A stretch of DNA of 64,000 nucleotides, from positions 1,184,001-1,248,000 of the forward strand of contig OY762463.1 in assembly GCA_963665815.1 (NCBI GenBank), in the 5' to 3' direction. Source of the DNA: Candidatus Cloacimonadales bacterium. Its GTDB lineage: Bacteria > Cloacimonadota > Cloacimonadia > Cloacimonadales > JAIOQZ01. Below the pieces are notes generated by a model that saw only the letters and a program-made list of their open reading frames with translations, did not search any database and was not told where the DNA came from. Positions within the stretch are counted from its first letter, which is position 1. Each line of letters starts with the position of its first letter. Of the stretch, positions 18,197 through 27,666 are shown piece by piece. A program made the position numbers and the translations under genes.

Positions 18197-18685
18197 TCAA
18201 AAGTTGTATACAAAGTAAATGGACTTATCATCGAAACCAAGTTGAAATTGCCTTTTAATCGCAGGTCTGCTATTAAAAGAATAGTACTCACTAATGGCTC
18301 TGTCAGTGTGCTTGTGAGCACTTTTCTCAAACATAACAGCAATAATAAACATTCCTGCACCAACACCGGCTAAACCCCATTCAGGTTCTCCACCACCAAG
18401 TTGTGTTCCAATTGGATATCCAATCAAAAATCCTGCCGGAATTGCAAAAGCTTTTCCAATCAAGTTTCTTTTCTTTGCAATCTGCATTTCTTGTCTGGCA
18501 ACAGAGTTTGAATCCACGATCGCAGCAATATCACTCAGACCAATCATTTGTCCGTTGAGCTTGTAGATTGTACCCAATCCTCTCTTTTCAATCTGAATCT
18601 TATTCTGATCTTCAGCAAAAGCTTGTAATGCAAATAAAACTAATACGATAAAAATAATGTTTTTTAATTTAAATGTCCCTTTCAT
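18197..18685 (-). CDS. Hypothetical exported/membrane protein
   Basis: Signal peptide ending AFA; glycine-rich hydrophobic hairpin; C-terminal YNF. Confidence 0.75.
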   Translation of the reverse strand: MKGTFKLKNIIFIVLVLFALQAFAEDQNKIQIEKRGLGTIYKLNGQMIGLSDIAAIVDSNSVARQEMQIAKKRNLIGKAFAIPAGFLIGYPIGTQLGGGEPEWGLAGVGAGMFIIAVMFEKSAHKHTDRAISEYYSFNSRPAIKRQFQLGFDDKSIYFVYNF

Positions 18686-19071
18686 TATTGAAAACTCTCC
18701 TATGATTATATTTTGCTCAATGAATATTTAACAGAGTTTTGTCTGTCAATGATTTTATGCTGTCTGCATTCACATAGAGACAAACGGCTGTAGTCACCAT
18801 ACTGTCTTAACCTTGATTCCAATGGTTTACCCGATTGGAGGATTGTTTACCTGAACACCTTCCAAATGATACTTAGCCCCGTAGATGTTTCCGCAGGAAT
18901 ACATCCAAAGAAGTTTGCAATGGTATGAAATTAAAGATTTACTTTGGTGTAAGCTCTTTCGTATGGCTGAAAGACTTCGCAATGGTAGACTTAAACCAAG
19001 GAAAGACACGGAAAATGTTATGATGCTTTTTTATAGATGAAACTGATCTAATACGATGTGAAACATCGTAA

Positions 19072-19095
19072 GTAGGGAACAATAATCATTGTTCC
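19072..19095 (+). repeat. GTAG-type REP, solitary copy of the RAYT-associated family
   Basis: GTAGGGAACAATAATCATTGTTCC, identical to the reverse complement of 53574-53597. Confidence 0.85.
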
Positions 19096-19308
19096 ATCTT
19101 GCAAGGTTGATTCTTATATCATGTCAAGACCACCATTCGCAAGGTCTTAGGACCATTGCGAAGGTATCATATTAAGATGGCCGTGAACTCGACATCTCAC
19201 CGTTAATGCTTCCGAAGAAATACATATAGGGAGAACAAGTTTTGCGCGGACTTGAGTTCGCTTATCAACTATTGAAATTCTCGAATGGTTAAATAAATTT
19301 TTCTCCAC

Positions 19309-19341
19309 AAAAAAGCCTGCTGAGCAGATTCAGCAGGCTTT
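19309..19341 (-). terminator. Intrinsic terminator
   Basis: AAAGCCTGCTGA/TCAGCAGGCTTT with an A-run. Confidence 0.8.
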
Positions 19342-19360
19342 AAGTGTTTATTATAAGAGT

Positions 19361-20485
19361 TTATTCAGAAATAATTTCTACGTTTGCTCTTGGGATTACA
19401 ACTTCTTCACCGGTATCCAGTTTAGCTTTAAGGATTCTCACAAGAGTCTCACTTTCAACTTTATAGAGTTCTTCCGGAATAGAAGTGATTTTACCGATAT
19501 GACCGAAGTTAGGCTGTCTGATAACACGAATCATAGATCCGATTTCCAGAGTAGGCATTTTTGCTTCTTCAGCACCAAGGTCTTTCTGGTCAAATTCGAT
19601 AGGGATGATAATCTCAGGTCTCATAACACCGGCACGAATCTGTGTTTTACCGTGAACAGAAGCTTTCTTGCCGTTAAACTGTTTGAGAAGACCGAAAGTC
19701 TTGTCAGCCATTTTAATTTTACCGAAACCTTCAGTAACAACGATGGTTGTTCCGATTTTCTCGTGTCCTGTAATTGCAACACCAATATCGTAACCAAGCA
19801 ATTCTTTAAGATCCTGGTCATCAATACCACCGGTGATGATAGCGTTAACACCGCACTTTATGGCTTTGTTAATTGCATCAAGTGAGATCATTGAACCGGA
19901 CACAATAATTTTGCCTTTATGTGCATCAGTTATTTTGTCTGCTTTCAGTTCTTCATTAGGATCACTTATCAGTAATTCTATATTACCTGTAGTTTCTCCT
20001 GAAAGACCGAAGATCCCCTGAATATAAGCAGATCTGTTTTCAACAATTACCCCTTCTTCAGGGACAACGTCAACAACAACACTATCGATAAAAGCTCTTA
20101 CTTCTACAGGTATTCTTGGCTCTCTGAGAAGCATCTGTCCTGTGTGAGCAGAAACACTTTCAACCTCTCCATCAGTTGGAGATTTAACTGTAGATTTGAA
20201 CATACCGAGGAAACCTTTTGTTTCAGCAAGAACTTGTCCCTTCTTGATGAATTCTCCCGGTTTTACATGGAGAAACTGCCCCAGAAGCTGAGGAGTAGTC
20301 CCAAGTTTATTTGCAAGGTTAATAGGAACGACTTTCCCCGGAAGCATTGTTACTGCAACAACATCTTCAGCTTTAACCTTATCACCTTTTTTTACTTTTA
20401 CTTCCCCTTTTAAAGGAAGAATTCTTTCTTTTCTTAAAACAATATTATCTGTAACTGCTAATCCTGGTGAATATGCTTTAGCCAT
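19361..20485 (-). CDS. Conserved hypothetical protein (barrel-sandwich hybrid repeats, KOW-like C-terminus), partner of the GlmL-like gene
   Basis: VKVKKGDKV and VKPGEFIKKGQVLA...SPTDGEV motifs; GGAGG RBS; 9 nt downstream of glmL-like. Confidence 0.8.
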   Translation of the reverse strand: MAKAYSPGLAVTDNIVLRKERILPLKGEVKVKKGDKVKAEDVVAVTMLPGKVVPINLANKLGTTPQLLGQFLHVKPGEFIKKGQVLAETKGFLGMFKSTVKSPTDGEVESVSAHTGQMLLREPRIPVEVRAFIDSVVVDVVPEEGVIVENRSAYIQGIFGLSGETTGNIELLISDPNEELKADKITDAHKGKIIVSGSMISLDAINKAIKCGVNAIITGGIDDQDLKELLGYDIGVAITGHEKIGTTIVVTEGFGKIKMADKTFGLLKQFNGKKASVHGKTQIRAGVMRPEIIIPIEFDQKDLGAEEAKMPTLEIGSMIRVIRQPNFGHIGKITSIPEELYKVESETLVRILKAKLDTGEEVVIPRANVEIISE

Positions 20486-20494
20486 CTCTTCCTC

Positions 20495-22360
20495 CTATTT
20501 CAAGAAACTCTCAGGATAAACCTGAAGTTCCCTCATCCATTTTTTAAGCATTGGAACACGTTCGTTTGCTTCAACCGGAAGTACGAATGGAGCTCTACCA
20601 CGGGTATCAAGAACAATACCCACAACTCCACCGTGTAATTCTGTGTTAACTGGCTGGTGTTTACCTGCACCAAGGTCAAGACCTTTACCGGGTTTAAGAA
20701 CAGCTTGAGCTGTCTGACCTTCAGCGCATGGGATCAGTCTCAATTCACCATATGGGATATCTTCTTTAAAAGTAGACCCGTCTGGAAGTTTGATTTCAGC
20801 GCTTAATGCAATAGCTGTAGGCTTACACTTTCCAACAGGAGCAACACATGTACCAAGATAAACCATACAGTCTTTGTCAAACACTTCTGTTGCAGCTTCC
20901 GGAGAAATTTCGGAAAGTACACCAAGGTGAGGCATCATGAAGATACTATCTACACCAAGTCTGGTGATTCCTTCAGGAAGGAATGCGTCAATAAGCATCA
21001 TTACTGTCTGGTGTCTTCTTGGAGCGTGAGATGTAACACCACCTGATCCGACAAGCAGGTCAAGAGTCATCATGTTAACAATTGTGCTACCGGATGTTGA
21101 TTGACTGAATGCATCAGCAATCTCTCTTTTCCTTTGAGTTCCTTTAAGAGTTACAGCAAATTCTTTGTGCTGAACAAAGGCGAGTCTCAGTGCTTCTTTT
21201 GCAATAGCCTGTTCCAGAACAAGTTCTTCAAGTTTCTGAGGAATTGTTGTTGGACGGATCATTTTATTTTTAATCATATTTCTGAGTTCTGACTGGTTAA
21301 TATCCATTGGAACCCATCTTAGTATATTTTCAAGACCTGCGGAAGCAAGTACGTTAGAAATGGAGTAACTCATTCCAAGGTTAGCACTAACTGTTCTGTT
21401 GAATACTTTATCTTCTGAGAATACTGAGAAAACGTCAGTTGTAGCACCACCGATATCAACACCAAGAACTTCAATATCTCTTTGTTCGGAGATAGTTTTC
21501 ATGATATTACCCACAGCTGCAGGAGTCGGCATGATTGGAATATTCTGGATCTTACCGTTTTTCGGTCCGCGAGTCCAGCTCATAAGTTTATTATATCCCG
21601 GTGCCTGCTGCATAACGTGTTCCATGAACAGATCATGAATTTTGTCTCTTGCAGGTCCGAGGTTCTCGTTATCGAGAGTAGGTCTGAGGTTATCAGTAAT
21701 AATAAGGTCTGTTTTCTTTTCAAGAGTATCTTTAATGATATCAACAGCTTTATTGTTACCGGAATAAATTACAGGAAGTTTATAGCTTGATCCGAGTCTT
21801 GGTTTCGGATCTGCTGCAGAAACAAGCTCAGCCATTTCTGCAACGTGTTTGGTTGTTCCACCGTCAACACCACCTGCCATGAGAATCATATCCGGTCTTA
21901 AGTGTCTTATACGCTCAATCTTTTCGTAGTTGGCACGTTTATCGTTACTGGCGATAACATCCATAACGATAGCACCTGCACCAAGAGCAGCACGCTCAGC
22001 AGACTCACCTGTCATACTGGCAACAACACCGGTTACCATCATCTGAAGACCACCACCGGCACTACTGGTAGAAACATATGCATCTGCACCGACATCACCG
22101 TTTCTTGGTATGATAATCTCTTCGTTTTCAATTAATTTAATGTTAGGGTTGTTGTATTTAATGCGAGCAAGTTCTTCAAGTTCCTGCACTGCATTCACAA
22201 CACCACGTGTAACGTCATTCAATGGCGCTTCCACTGTTGTAGGAGCTTCGCCCCTGACTGTCTGACGATATTCGTTATCAACAAACTCAATGAGAATTGC
22301 TTTGGTAGTAGTACTACCACAGTCTGTAGCAATTATTCTTCTTAATTGCCCATTTGCCAT
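20495..22360 (-). CDS. Glutamate mutase L / MutL(GlmL)-family ASKHA ATPase (B12-mutase reactivase-like)
   Basis: ATDCGSTTTK, STSSAGGGL, MPTPAAV, GVDIGGATTDVFS, RTVSANLGMSYS; start at the ATG after GGAGGAG. Confidence 0.85.
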   Translation of the reverse strand: MANGQLRRIIATDCGSTTTKAILIEFVDNEYRQTVRGEAPTTVEAPLNDVTRGVVNAVQELEELARIKYNNPNIKLIENEEIIIPRNGDVGADAYVSTSSAGGGLQMMVTGVVASMTGESAERAALGAGAIVMDVIASNDKRANYEKIERIRHLRPDMILMAGGVDGGTTKHVAEMAELVSAADPKPRLGSSYKLPVIYSGNNKAVDIIKDTLEKKTDLIITDNLRPTLDNENLGPARDKIHDLFMEHVMQQAPGYNKLMSWTRGPKNGKIQNIPIMPTPAAVGNIMKTISEQRDIEVLGVDIGGATTDVFSVFSEDKVFNRTVSANLGMSYSISNVLASAGLENILRWVPMDINQSELRNMIKNKMIRPTTIPQKLEELVLEQAIAKEALRLAFVQHKEFAVTLKGTQRKREIADAFSQSTSGSTIVNMMTLDLLVGSGGVTSHAPRRHQTVMMLIDAFLPEGITRLGVDSIFMMPHLGVLSEISPEAATEVFDKDCMVYLGTCVAPVGKCKPTAIALSAEIKLPDGSTFKEDIPYGELRLIPCAEGQTAQAVLKPGKGLDLGAGKHQPVNTELHGGVVGIVLDTRGRAPFVLPVEANERVPMLKKWMRELQVYPESFLK

Positions 22361-22372
22361 ATTCTCCTCCAT

Positions 22373-22747
22373 CTATGTTTTTTTCTGTTTCTTTTTTTTG
22401 TTAAATACTGATTTAATTTTATTCCAGAACCTTTTACGAGCTTTTCTACGTTTCTCGCGTTCTTCAAAATACATTTCGTCGTCCAGAGTTTCTATTCTTT
22501 TAATCAAAAGATCAACATTTTCACGTTTCTCGAAAAAAGCTGAAAATTCCTGATAAGACTCCGGATTCTGAAAAAATATTTCTGCAAAAGGTCCAACTGC
22601 GTACAAACCCTGATTAAACAAAAAACTAAAGGGTTTATGTGCTTCCAGCATCAGAATTGCAGCTGATGCCATCTTTCTCTGCACAATGAATTCTGCTATT
22701 TTCTCAGCTACCTTTACGGCTTTTTCATCGGAAATTTCTATTATCAT
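22373..22747 (-). CDS. Conserved hypothetical protein
   Basis: Operonic position; AAILMLEAHKPF...RENVDLLI; AAAGG RBS. Confidence 0.75.
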   Translation of the reverse strand: MIIEISDEKAVKVAEKIAEFIVQRKMASAAILMLEAHKPFSFLFNQGLYAVGPFAEIFFQNPESYQEFSAFFEKRENVDLLIKRIETLDDEMYFEEREKRRKARKRFWNKIKSVFNKKKKQKKT

Positions 22748-22779
22748 TTTTACCTTTTTATCAAGCTGGCTGAACTTGA

Positions 22780-23466
22780 TTATGCTCTTGCAATCGTAAA
22801 TGCATGAATCCGGTCCACTCCATTTCTTTTCAGTTCTCCTGCAAGAGAAATCATGGTAGCTCCGGTAGTAAACACATCATCAATCAGAAGAACATTTCGT
22901 TTATCGAAAAGTTTCTTTATTCTGAAAGCATTTTCCAGATTCGCTTTTCTTTCAACTTTACTCAGTTTCGCCTGCATTTTTGTGTACATTGACCTTTCAA
23001 CAATATCAGTTCTCATCTCAATAAAAGAACACTCACTGACAATTTCAGCAATGTATTCAGCCTGGTTATAACCTCTTTCCCGTAATCTTACATTATGAAG
23101 AGGCACAGGAATAACAATCCAATCCTGAGGATTATACTCATTCTCAAAAAAGAAATATTTAATCCATTTTCTGAAAACAGCAGCAATTTCAGGATAATCA
23201 TTGTATTTAAAATTATGGATCAGGTTATGTATTCTTTCACTGTATGGGAACAATGATATTATTTCATCTATATTCTCATATTCTTCTACAGAAATCCTTG
23301 AATCATCGAGTCTTTCAGATTCAAGTTCCTGCAGACAACTCTTACACGCTATATTCTTATAATGATCTAACAACTCTCCGCAGCAAAAACATCTCGCCGG
23401 GAGAATCCAGTTTAAAATATCATCTAATGTATTTTTCAATGGAATCAAAAATTCGAGTTCCATCAT
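22780..23466 (-). CDS. comF: ComF-family phosphoribosyltransferase-like protein with double zinc ribbon
   Basis: CxxC...CxxC, IPVPLH, RGYNQA, LLIDDVFTTGAT; exact start uncertain. Confidence 0.9.
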   Translation of the reverse strand: MMELEFLIPLKNTLDDILNWILPARCFCCGELLDHYKNIACKSCLQELESERLDDSRISVEEYENIDEIISLFPYSERIHNLIHNFKYNDYPEIAAVFRKWIKYFFFENEYNPQDWIVIPVPLHNVRLRERGYNQAEYIAEIVSECSFIEMRTDIVERSMYTKMQAKLSKVERKANLENAFRIKKLFDKRNVLLIDDVFTTGATMISLAGELKRNGVDRIHAFTIARA

Positions 23467-24118
23467 GACTTACAACAGTATCTTCAGCAGCTCTTTCAGG
23501 ATGCGGCATCATTCCAAGGATATTACCATTTTCGTTGTATACACCGGCAATATTGTAGATTGATCCGTTTGGATTAGCCTGTTCAGTAACATTACCGTCT
23601 TTATCACAGTACCTGAAAGCTATCTGGTTATTATCCTGAATTCCCTTTAAACCGTCAGCACTGATAAAATAGTTACCGTCCTTGTGGGCAATAGGAATAT
23701 CAAGCACTTCATTCGGTTTGATATCACATGTAAATGCATTATTTATATTTACAGGTTTCAGGAATTGATGTTTACATATAAATTTAAGAGTATTGTTCAT
23801 CATTAATGCTCCTGGAAGAAGACCGGTTTCAGTCAACACCTGGAATCCGTTACATATACCAATTACGTATCCGCCTTTTTGAGCAAATTGAACAACTTCA
23901 TTGATTATTGGTGAAAATTTAGCGATTGCACCTGCTCTGAGATAATCCCCGTAAGAAAATCCACCGGGAAGAATTACAACATCAGGATTCTTAAGATCAT
24001 GGTCTTTATGCCAAACAAAAGAAACCTCATTTCCTCTTATATCAGGAATGTGGAAACTGTCATAATCACAGTTTGAGCCGGGAAAACGTACTACTGAAAA
24101 TCTAATCTTTGAACTCAT
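23420..24118 (-). CDS. purQ: FGAM synthase glutaminase subunit
   Basis: FPGSNC, PGGFSYGDYLRAG, GICNGFQ, GMMPHPER. Confidence 0.97.
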   Translation of the reverse strand: MSSKIRFSVVRFPGSNCDYDSFHIPDIRGNEVSFVWHKDHDLKNPDVVILPGGFSYGDYLRAGAIAKFSPIINEVVQFAQKGGYVIGICNGFQVLTETGLLPGALMMNNTLKFICKHQFLKPVNINNAFTCDIKPNEVLDIPIAHKDGNYFISADGLKGIQDNNQIAFRYCDKDGNVTEQANPNGSIYNIAGVYNENGNILGMMPHPERAAEDTVVSHDGTRIFDSIEKYIR

Positions 24119-24344
24119 AATAGTATGTTTCCGTATTAGGATTTGCCAGAACTTTCTTGCAGATTTCTTCTACTTCTTTATCAGCCTGTTCTTTGCTGTC
24201 TGCGGCCAGTTCCAGTTCGATAAACTTACTTACTCTAGTATCTTTTACATTATCATAACCCAGATTATGCAATGTCTGCATAACTACTTTACCTTGTGGA
24301 TCGAGTACACTTGGTTTCAGCGTGATGTAAATTTGTACTTTCAT
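24102..24344 (-). CDS. purS: FGAM synthase subunit PurS
   Basis: LKPSVLDPQG...LANP. Confidence 0.95.
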   Translation of the reverse strand: MKVQIYITLKPSVLDPQGKVVMQTLHNLGYDNVKDTRVSKFIELELAADSKEQADKEVEEICKKVLANPNTETYYYEFKD

Positions 24345-24359
24345 TATTCCTCTTAATAT

Positions 24360-25088
24360 TTATAGTTCGTGTTTTATTTTTTCAATATGATTCATATATA
24401 TCTGTATAAAATGTCTGACAAAACCATAAGTTACGTAACCTGAAATCACAACAAACAATGTTATATGAGGAAGTTTGATCAGTGATATCAGTACAAGAAC
24501 TTTAAGTACTTTGATCAGGTTTATACTTACTGTATTATCATCTTTACAGAATTTTACAGGATATTCAATCTTACTGATCATCAGAAAAGCACCTGATAGA
24601 ACAATTAAGATCAGATACCCCTCTTTTATGGACTCCACCCAATATCTATCATTGAGCAGAATAAATGTTGTAATCAGTGAGGCGGCACCGGGAATCGGAA
24701 GCCCTTCAAACGGTTGTTTGGCACCAGTTTCAACCAATGAATTGCTGATATTGAATCTTGCAAGTCTGAATCCTCCGCATGTGATATAAATCAGAACTGC
24801 AGCAATTCCGAGTATTCCGAGATTACTTAGAGCATACTTGTAAACAAGAAATGCAGGAGCAATACCAAAAGCTACAAAATCACTTAATGTATCAAACTCA
24901 GCACCAAGTTCACTTGAAGCATCAAGAAGTCTGGCAACTTTTCCGTCAAATCCGTCACAAACGAAAGAAATGAGCAAAAGCCAGGCAGCAAATGTGTAAG
25001 CTCCTTCCGACGTCTTCAGCATCGAAAAGAAAGCAAAGCACAAACTGCTTAAAGTTAATAAATTAGGAGCAATATACTTAAATCTCAT
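24360..25088 (-). CDS. pssA: CDP-diacylglycerol--serine O-phosphatidyltransferase
   Basis: PNLLT, DGFDGKVAR...GAEFDTLSDFVAFGIAP, RLARFN, FEGLPIP. Confidence 0.9.
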   Translation of the reverse strand: MRFKYIAPNLLTLSSLCFAFFSMLKTSEGAYTFAAWLLLISFVCDGFDGKVARLLDASSELGAEFDTLSDFVAFGIAPAFLVYKYALSNLGILGIAAVLIYITCGGFRLARFNISNSLVETGAKQPFEGLPIPGAASLITTFILLNDRYWVESIKEGYLILIVLSGAFLMISKIEYPVKFCKDDNTVSINLIKVLKVLVLISLIKLPHITLFVVISGYVTYGFVRHFIQIYMNHIEKIKHEL

Positions 25089-25653
25089 CCTTTCCCTTTG
25101 TGATAACACTTACTCCGGAAACAAGCCTGTCTCCGGTTTTGACTTCAAGATCTCCACAATTCCTGATTTCCAGACATGCTCTGCCTGAGAAGAAAAAAAA
25201 TCCCAGAGCGGCAGATCTCTTTTCTGATCTGCTCTCAAATTTTTTGAAATTACCATTAATGACTCGAAATGATACTTTACCGGATTCGAAACCGTTATCA
25301 GTAACATTCACAGAATCTGCAATACTGGCTCGGACATCAATCTTTGCCAATAATCCCTTTTTGATGTAAATCTCTGTTGTATTTCCGTTTTTCTCAACTT
25401 TCTCAACCCTGCCGTTAATGGGTGAAACTATTCCAGCTTCAGCTTCAGGCAAAGTTCTGTATACTCTCAACATCAGGTTCACAAACAGATAAAGTATTAT
25501 ACCAGGCAATGCCAGATATTTCATTTCATCTATTTTAAACGCCATTTGAGAAATGAAAGATACTCCAATCAGAAAGATTGGAATGCTTGCATACTTATAC
25601 TTAAGTTTTGCAGCTTCAATAACATATTGAATAGGAGTCACATCATCTCTCAT
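25078..25653 (-). CDS. Degenerate phosphatidylserine-decarboxylase-like protein lacking the catalytic motifs
   Basis: Position before pssA; IVSPINGRV and VKTGDRLVSGVSVI resemble Psd, but FGS is replaced by FSG and the protein contains no His. Confidence 0.65.
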   Translation of the reverse strand: MRDDVTPIQYVIEAAKLKYKYASIPIFLIGVSFISQMAFKIDEMKYLALPGIILYLFVNLMLRVYRTLPEAEAGIVSPINGRVEKVEKNGNTTEIYIKKGLLAKIDVRASIADSVNVTDNGFESGKVSFRVINGNFKKFESRSEKRSAALGFFFFSGRACLEIRNCGDLEVKTGDRLVSGVSVITKGKDEI

Positions 25654-25706
25654 TACATCATCCTGTCAGAGAAGGCATTATTTCTTTCAAAATAATACAC
25701 TATACC

Positions 25707-27005
25707 TCATTGTACAATTCCAACGCGGTTAAATATATAGTCAACATTTTTCAGATATCTTTCGTAAGAAAATACTTCCTGAAGATCTTCTTCTGCTAAA
25801 TATTCCATAATTTCACTGTCATTTCGAATATATTCTTCAAATGGTTTCTTCTCTCTCCAGCACTTCATTGCATTTCTCTGAATGAATGCATAAGACTGTT
25901 CTCGGCTGATACCTTTTTCAGTCAGTTTAAGAAGCATAGGCTGTGAAAATACCAGTCCGTTAGTAAGCTCAATATTCTTCATCATGTTTTCCGGGTAAAG
26001 AAGAAGGTTATCAATCAGAGTAATCATTTTTTCCAGCATATAGTGAACAAGTATTGTTGAGTCAGGAAGAATCACTCTCTCAACAGATGAATGACTGATA
26101 TCTCTTTCATGCCATAAAGCATTGTTTTCCATAGCTGCATGAGCATTGCTTCTGATCAGTCTGGCAAGTCCGCACATCTGTTCCGTAGCAATAGGGTTTC
26201 TCTTATGAGGCATTGCAGATGAACCTTTCTGACCTTTTGTAAAGTTTTCTTCAGCCTCGAGAACTTCTGTTCTCTGCAGGTGTCTGATTTCAACAGAAAT
26301 CTTCTCAATTGTGGAAGCTGTCAGCGCCAGAGCTGACATGAATTCTGCATGTCTGTCTCTCTGGATCACCTGTGTTGCAATATTCACATTATCAAGTTGT
26401 AAAAACTCACATGCATACTTTTCTATTTCAGGTGAAAGATGAGCATAATTTCCGACAGCACCCGAGAATTGCCCAATTGATACAATTGCTGTAGCTTTCT
26501 CCATACGTTCAATGTTTCTCAATGTCTCATCATACCACAAGGCGAACTTTAGACCGAAGGAAGTAGGTTCTGCATGAATACCATGAGATCGCCCGATACA
26601 TAATGTGTTTTTATGTACCAAAGCCTGCTTTTTCAGCACATCAGAAAAGGTTATCAGCTTTTTGATAATAAGAGTTCCTGCCTGCTTTAACTGGAGAGCA
26701 AGGCCAGTGTCAAGGATATCGGAAGATGTAAGTCCATAATGGATAAATCTTGATGAAGGTCCAACATGTTCTGCTACATTTGTAAGAAAAGCAATCACAT
26801 CGTGCTTTGTTTCTTTTTCGATTTCATCAATTCGTTCAACTTCAAAATCAGCCTTTTCAACGATGTTATCAAGATCCTCTTGCGGAATCATATTAAGCTT
26901 AGCCATTGCTTTACAGGCTGCGATTTCTACATCCAACCAGCATTGATACTTGTTTTGCAGTTCCCAGATATTCCCCATTTCAGGCTTAGTATATCTTTTA
27001 ATCAT
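25707..27005 (-). CDS. purB: Adenylosuccinate lyase
   Basis: GSSAMPHKRNP, HYGLTSSD, GRSHGIHAEP, HERDISHS. Confidence 0.97.
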   Translation of the reverse strand: MIKRYTKPEMGNIWELQNKYQCWLDVEIAACKAMAKLNMIPQEDLDNIVEKADFEVERIDEIEKETKHDVIAFLTNVAEHVGPSSRFIHYGLTSSDILDTGLALQLKQAGTLIIKKLITFSDVLKKQALVHKNTLCIGRSHGIHAEPTSFGLKFALWYDETLRNIERMEKATAIVSIGQFSGAVGNYAHLSPEIEKYACEFLQLDNVNIATQVIQRDRHAEFMSALALTASTIEKISVEIRHLQRTEVLEAEENFTKGQKGSSAMPHKRNPIATEQMCGLARLIRSNAHAAMENNALWHERDISHSSVERVILPDSTILVHYMLEKMITLIDNLLLYPENMMKNIELTNGLVFSQPMLLKLTEKGISREQSYAFIQRNAMKCWREKKPFEEYIRNDSEIMEYLAEEDLQEVFSYERYLKNVDYIFNRVGIVQ

Positions 27006-27027
27006 CTTAAATCCCTTTAGTTTATTG

Positions 27028-27666
27028 TTAATTTATGATTGGCAAAACCTTAACTTTTGATGTTGCAATTTTGTCAATTTTAATATTAATAACGTCTTTA
27101 TTATATTGATCTACAATAAGTTCACTCAACTTATCGTTTTCTGAATATATCATTTTTACTTCTGAACACTGTAACGGCACTGAAATAATTTTTAAAAATC
27201 CATGTTTGTTCACAGAAACACTGATATCATTAATCTTAGCTTTCCTGTTTTTAACTAATTCTGCTTTTTTCTCAATCAGATATGTACTGATTGATCTTAA
27301 AACTGTAACTACCAGTTTAATGTTTTCTTCATCATATTCGCTCAATGTAAACTGTTCATCACTGCTCCTGAATACGAATGCAGAATCTGCATATACTGAA
27401 AGAAAAGGTGTTGGCTTCATTCCGAGAATTCCGGAATCAAAAATATCAAGCCTCATAGCTTTATCTTTCTTCCTCAGAGATATGTTTTTTCTGAATGCAA
27501 ATTGTTTGTGGTTATATTCAATTATTCCCGAGATTTTAAACTCTTTGAAAAGCTCAATCTGAGACTCAAGATTTCTTACGAACTCATCTTCTGAAATTCT
27601 GAAATAGCTGCACGAACTTAAAAAAGCAAGAACTATTAGCATTGCAGAAATCTTAAACAGCTTCAT
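27028..27666 (-). CDS. Hypothetical lipoprotein (possibly LolA/LolB-like fold)
   Basis: Lipobox LSSC; beta-rich; overlaps the end of lgt. Confidence 0.65.
   Translation of the reverse strand: MKLFKISAMLIVLAFLSSCSYFRISEDEFVRNLESQIELFKEFKISGIIEYNHKQFAFRKNISLRKKDKAMRLDIFDSGILGMKPTPFLSVYADSAFVFRSSDEQFTLSEYDEENIKLVVTVLRSISTYLIEKKAELVKNRKAKINDISVSVNKHGFLKIISVPLQCSEVKMIYSENDKLSELIVDQYNKDVINIKIDKIATSKVKVLPIIN

Noticed and set aside
18827-19009. 60-aa ORF or transposase remnant
   Set aside because: No recognisable motif in the frames I translated and no RBS
23420-24344. purS-purQ without purL
   Set aside because: A separately located purL is common and uninformative within one window
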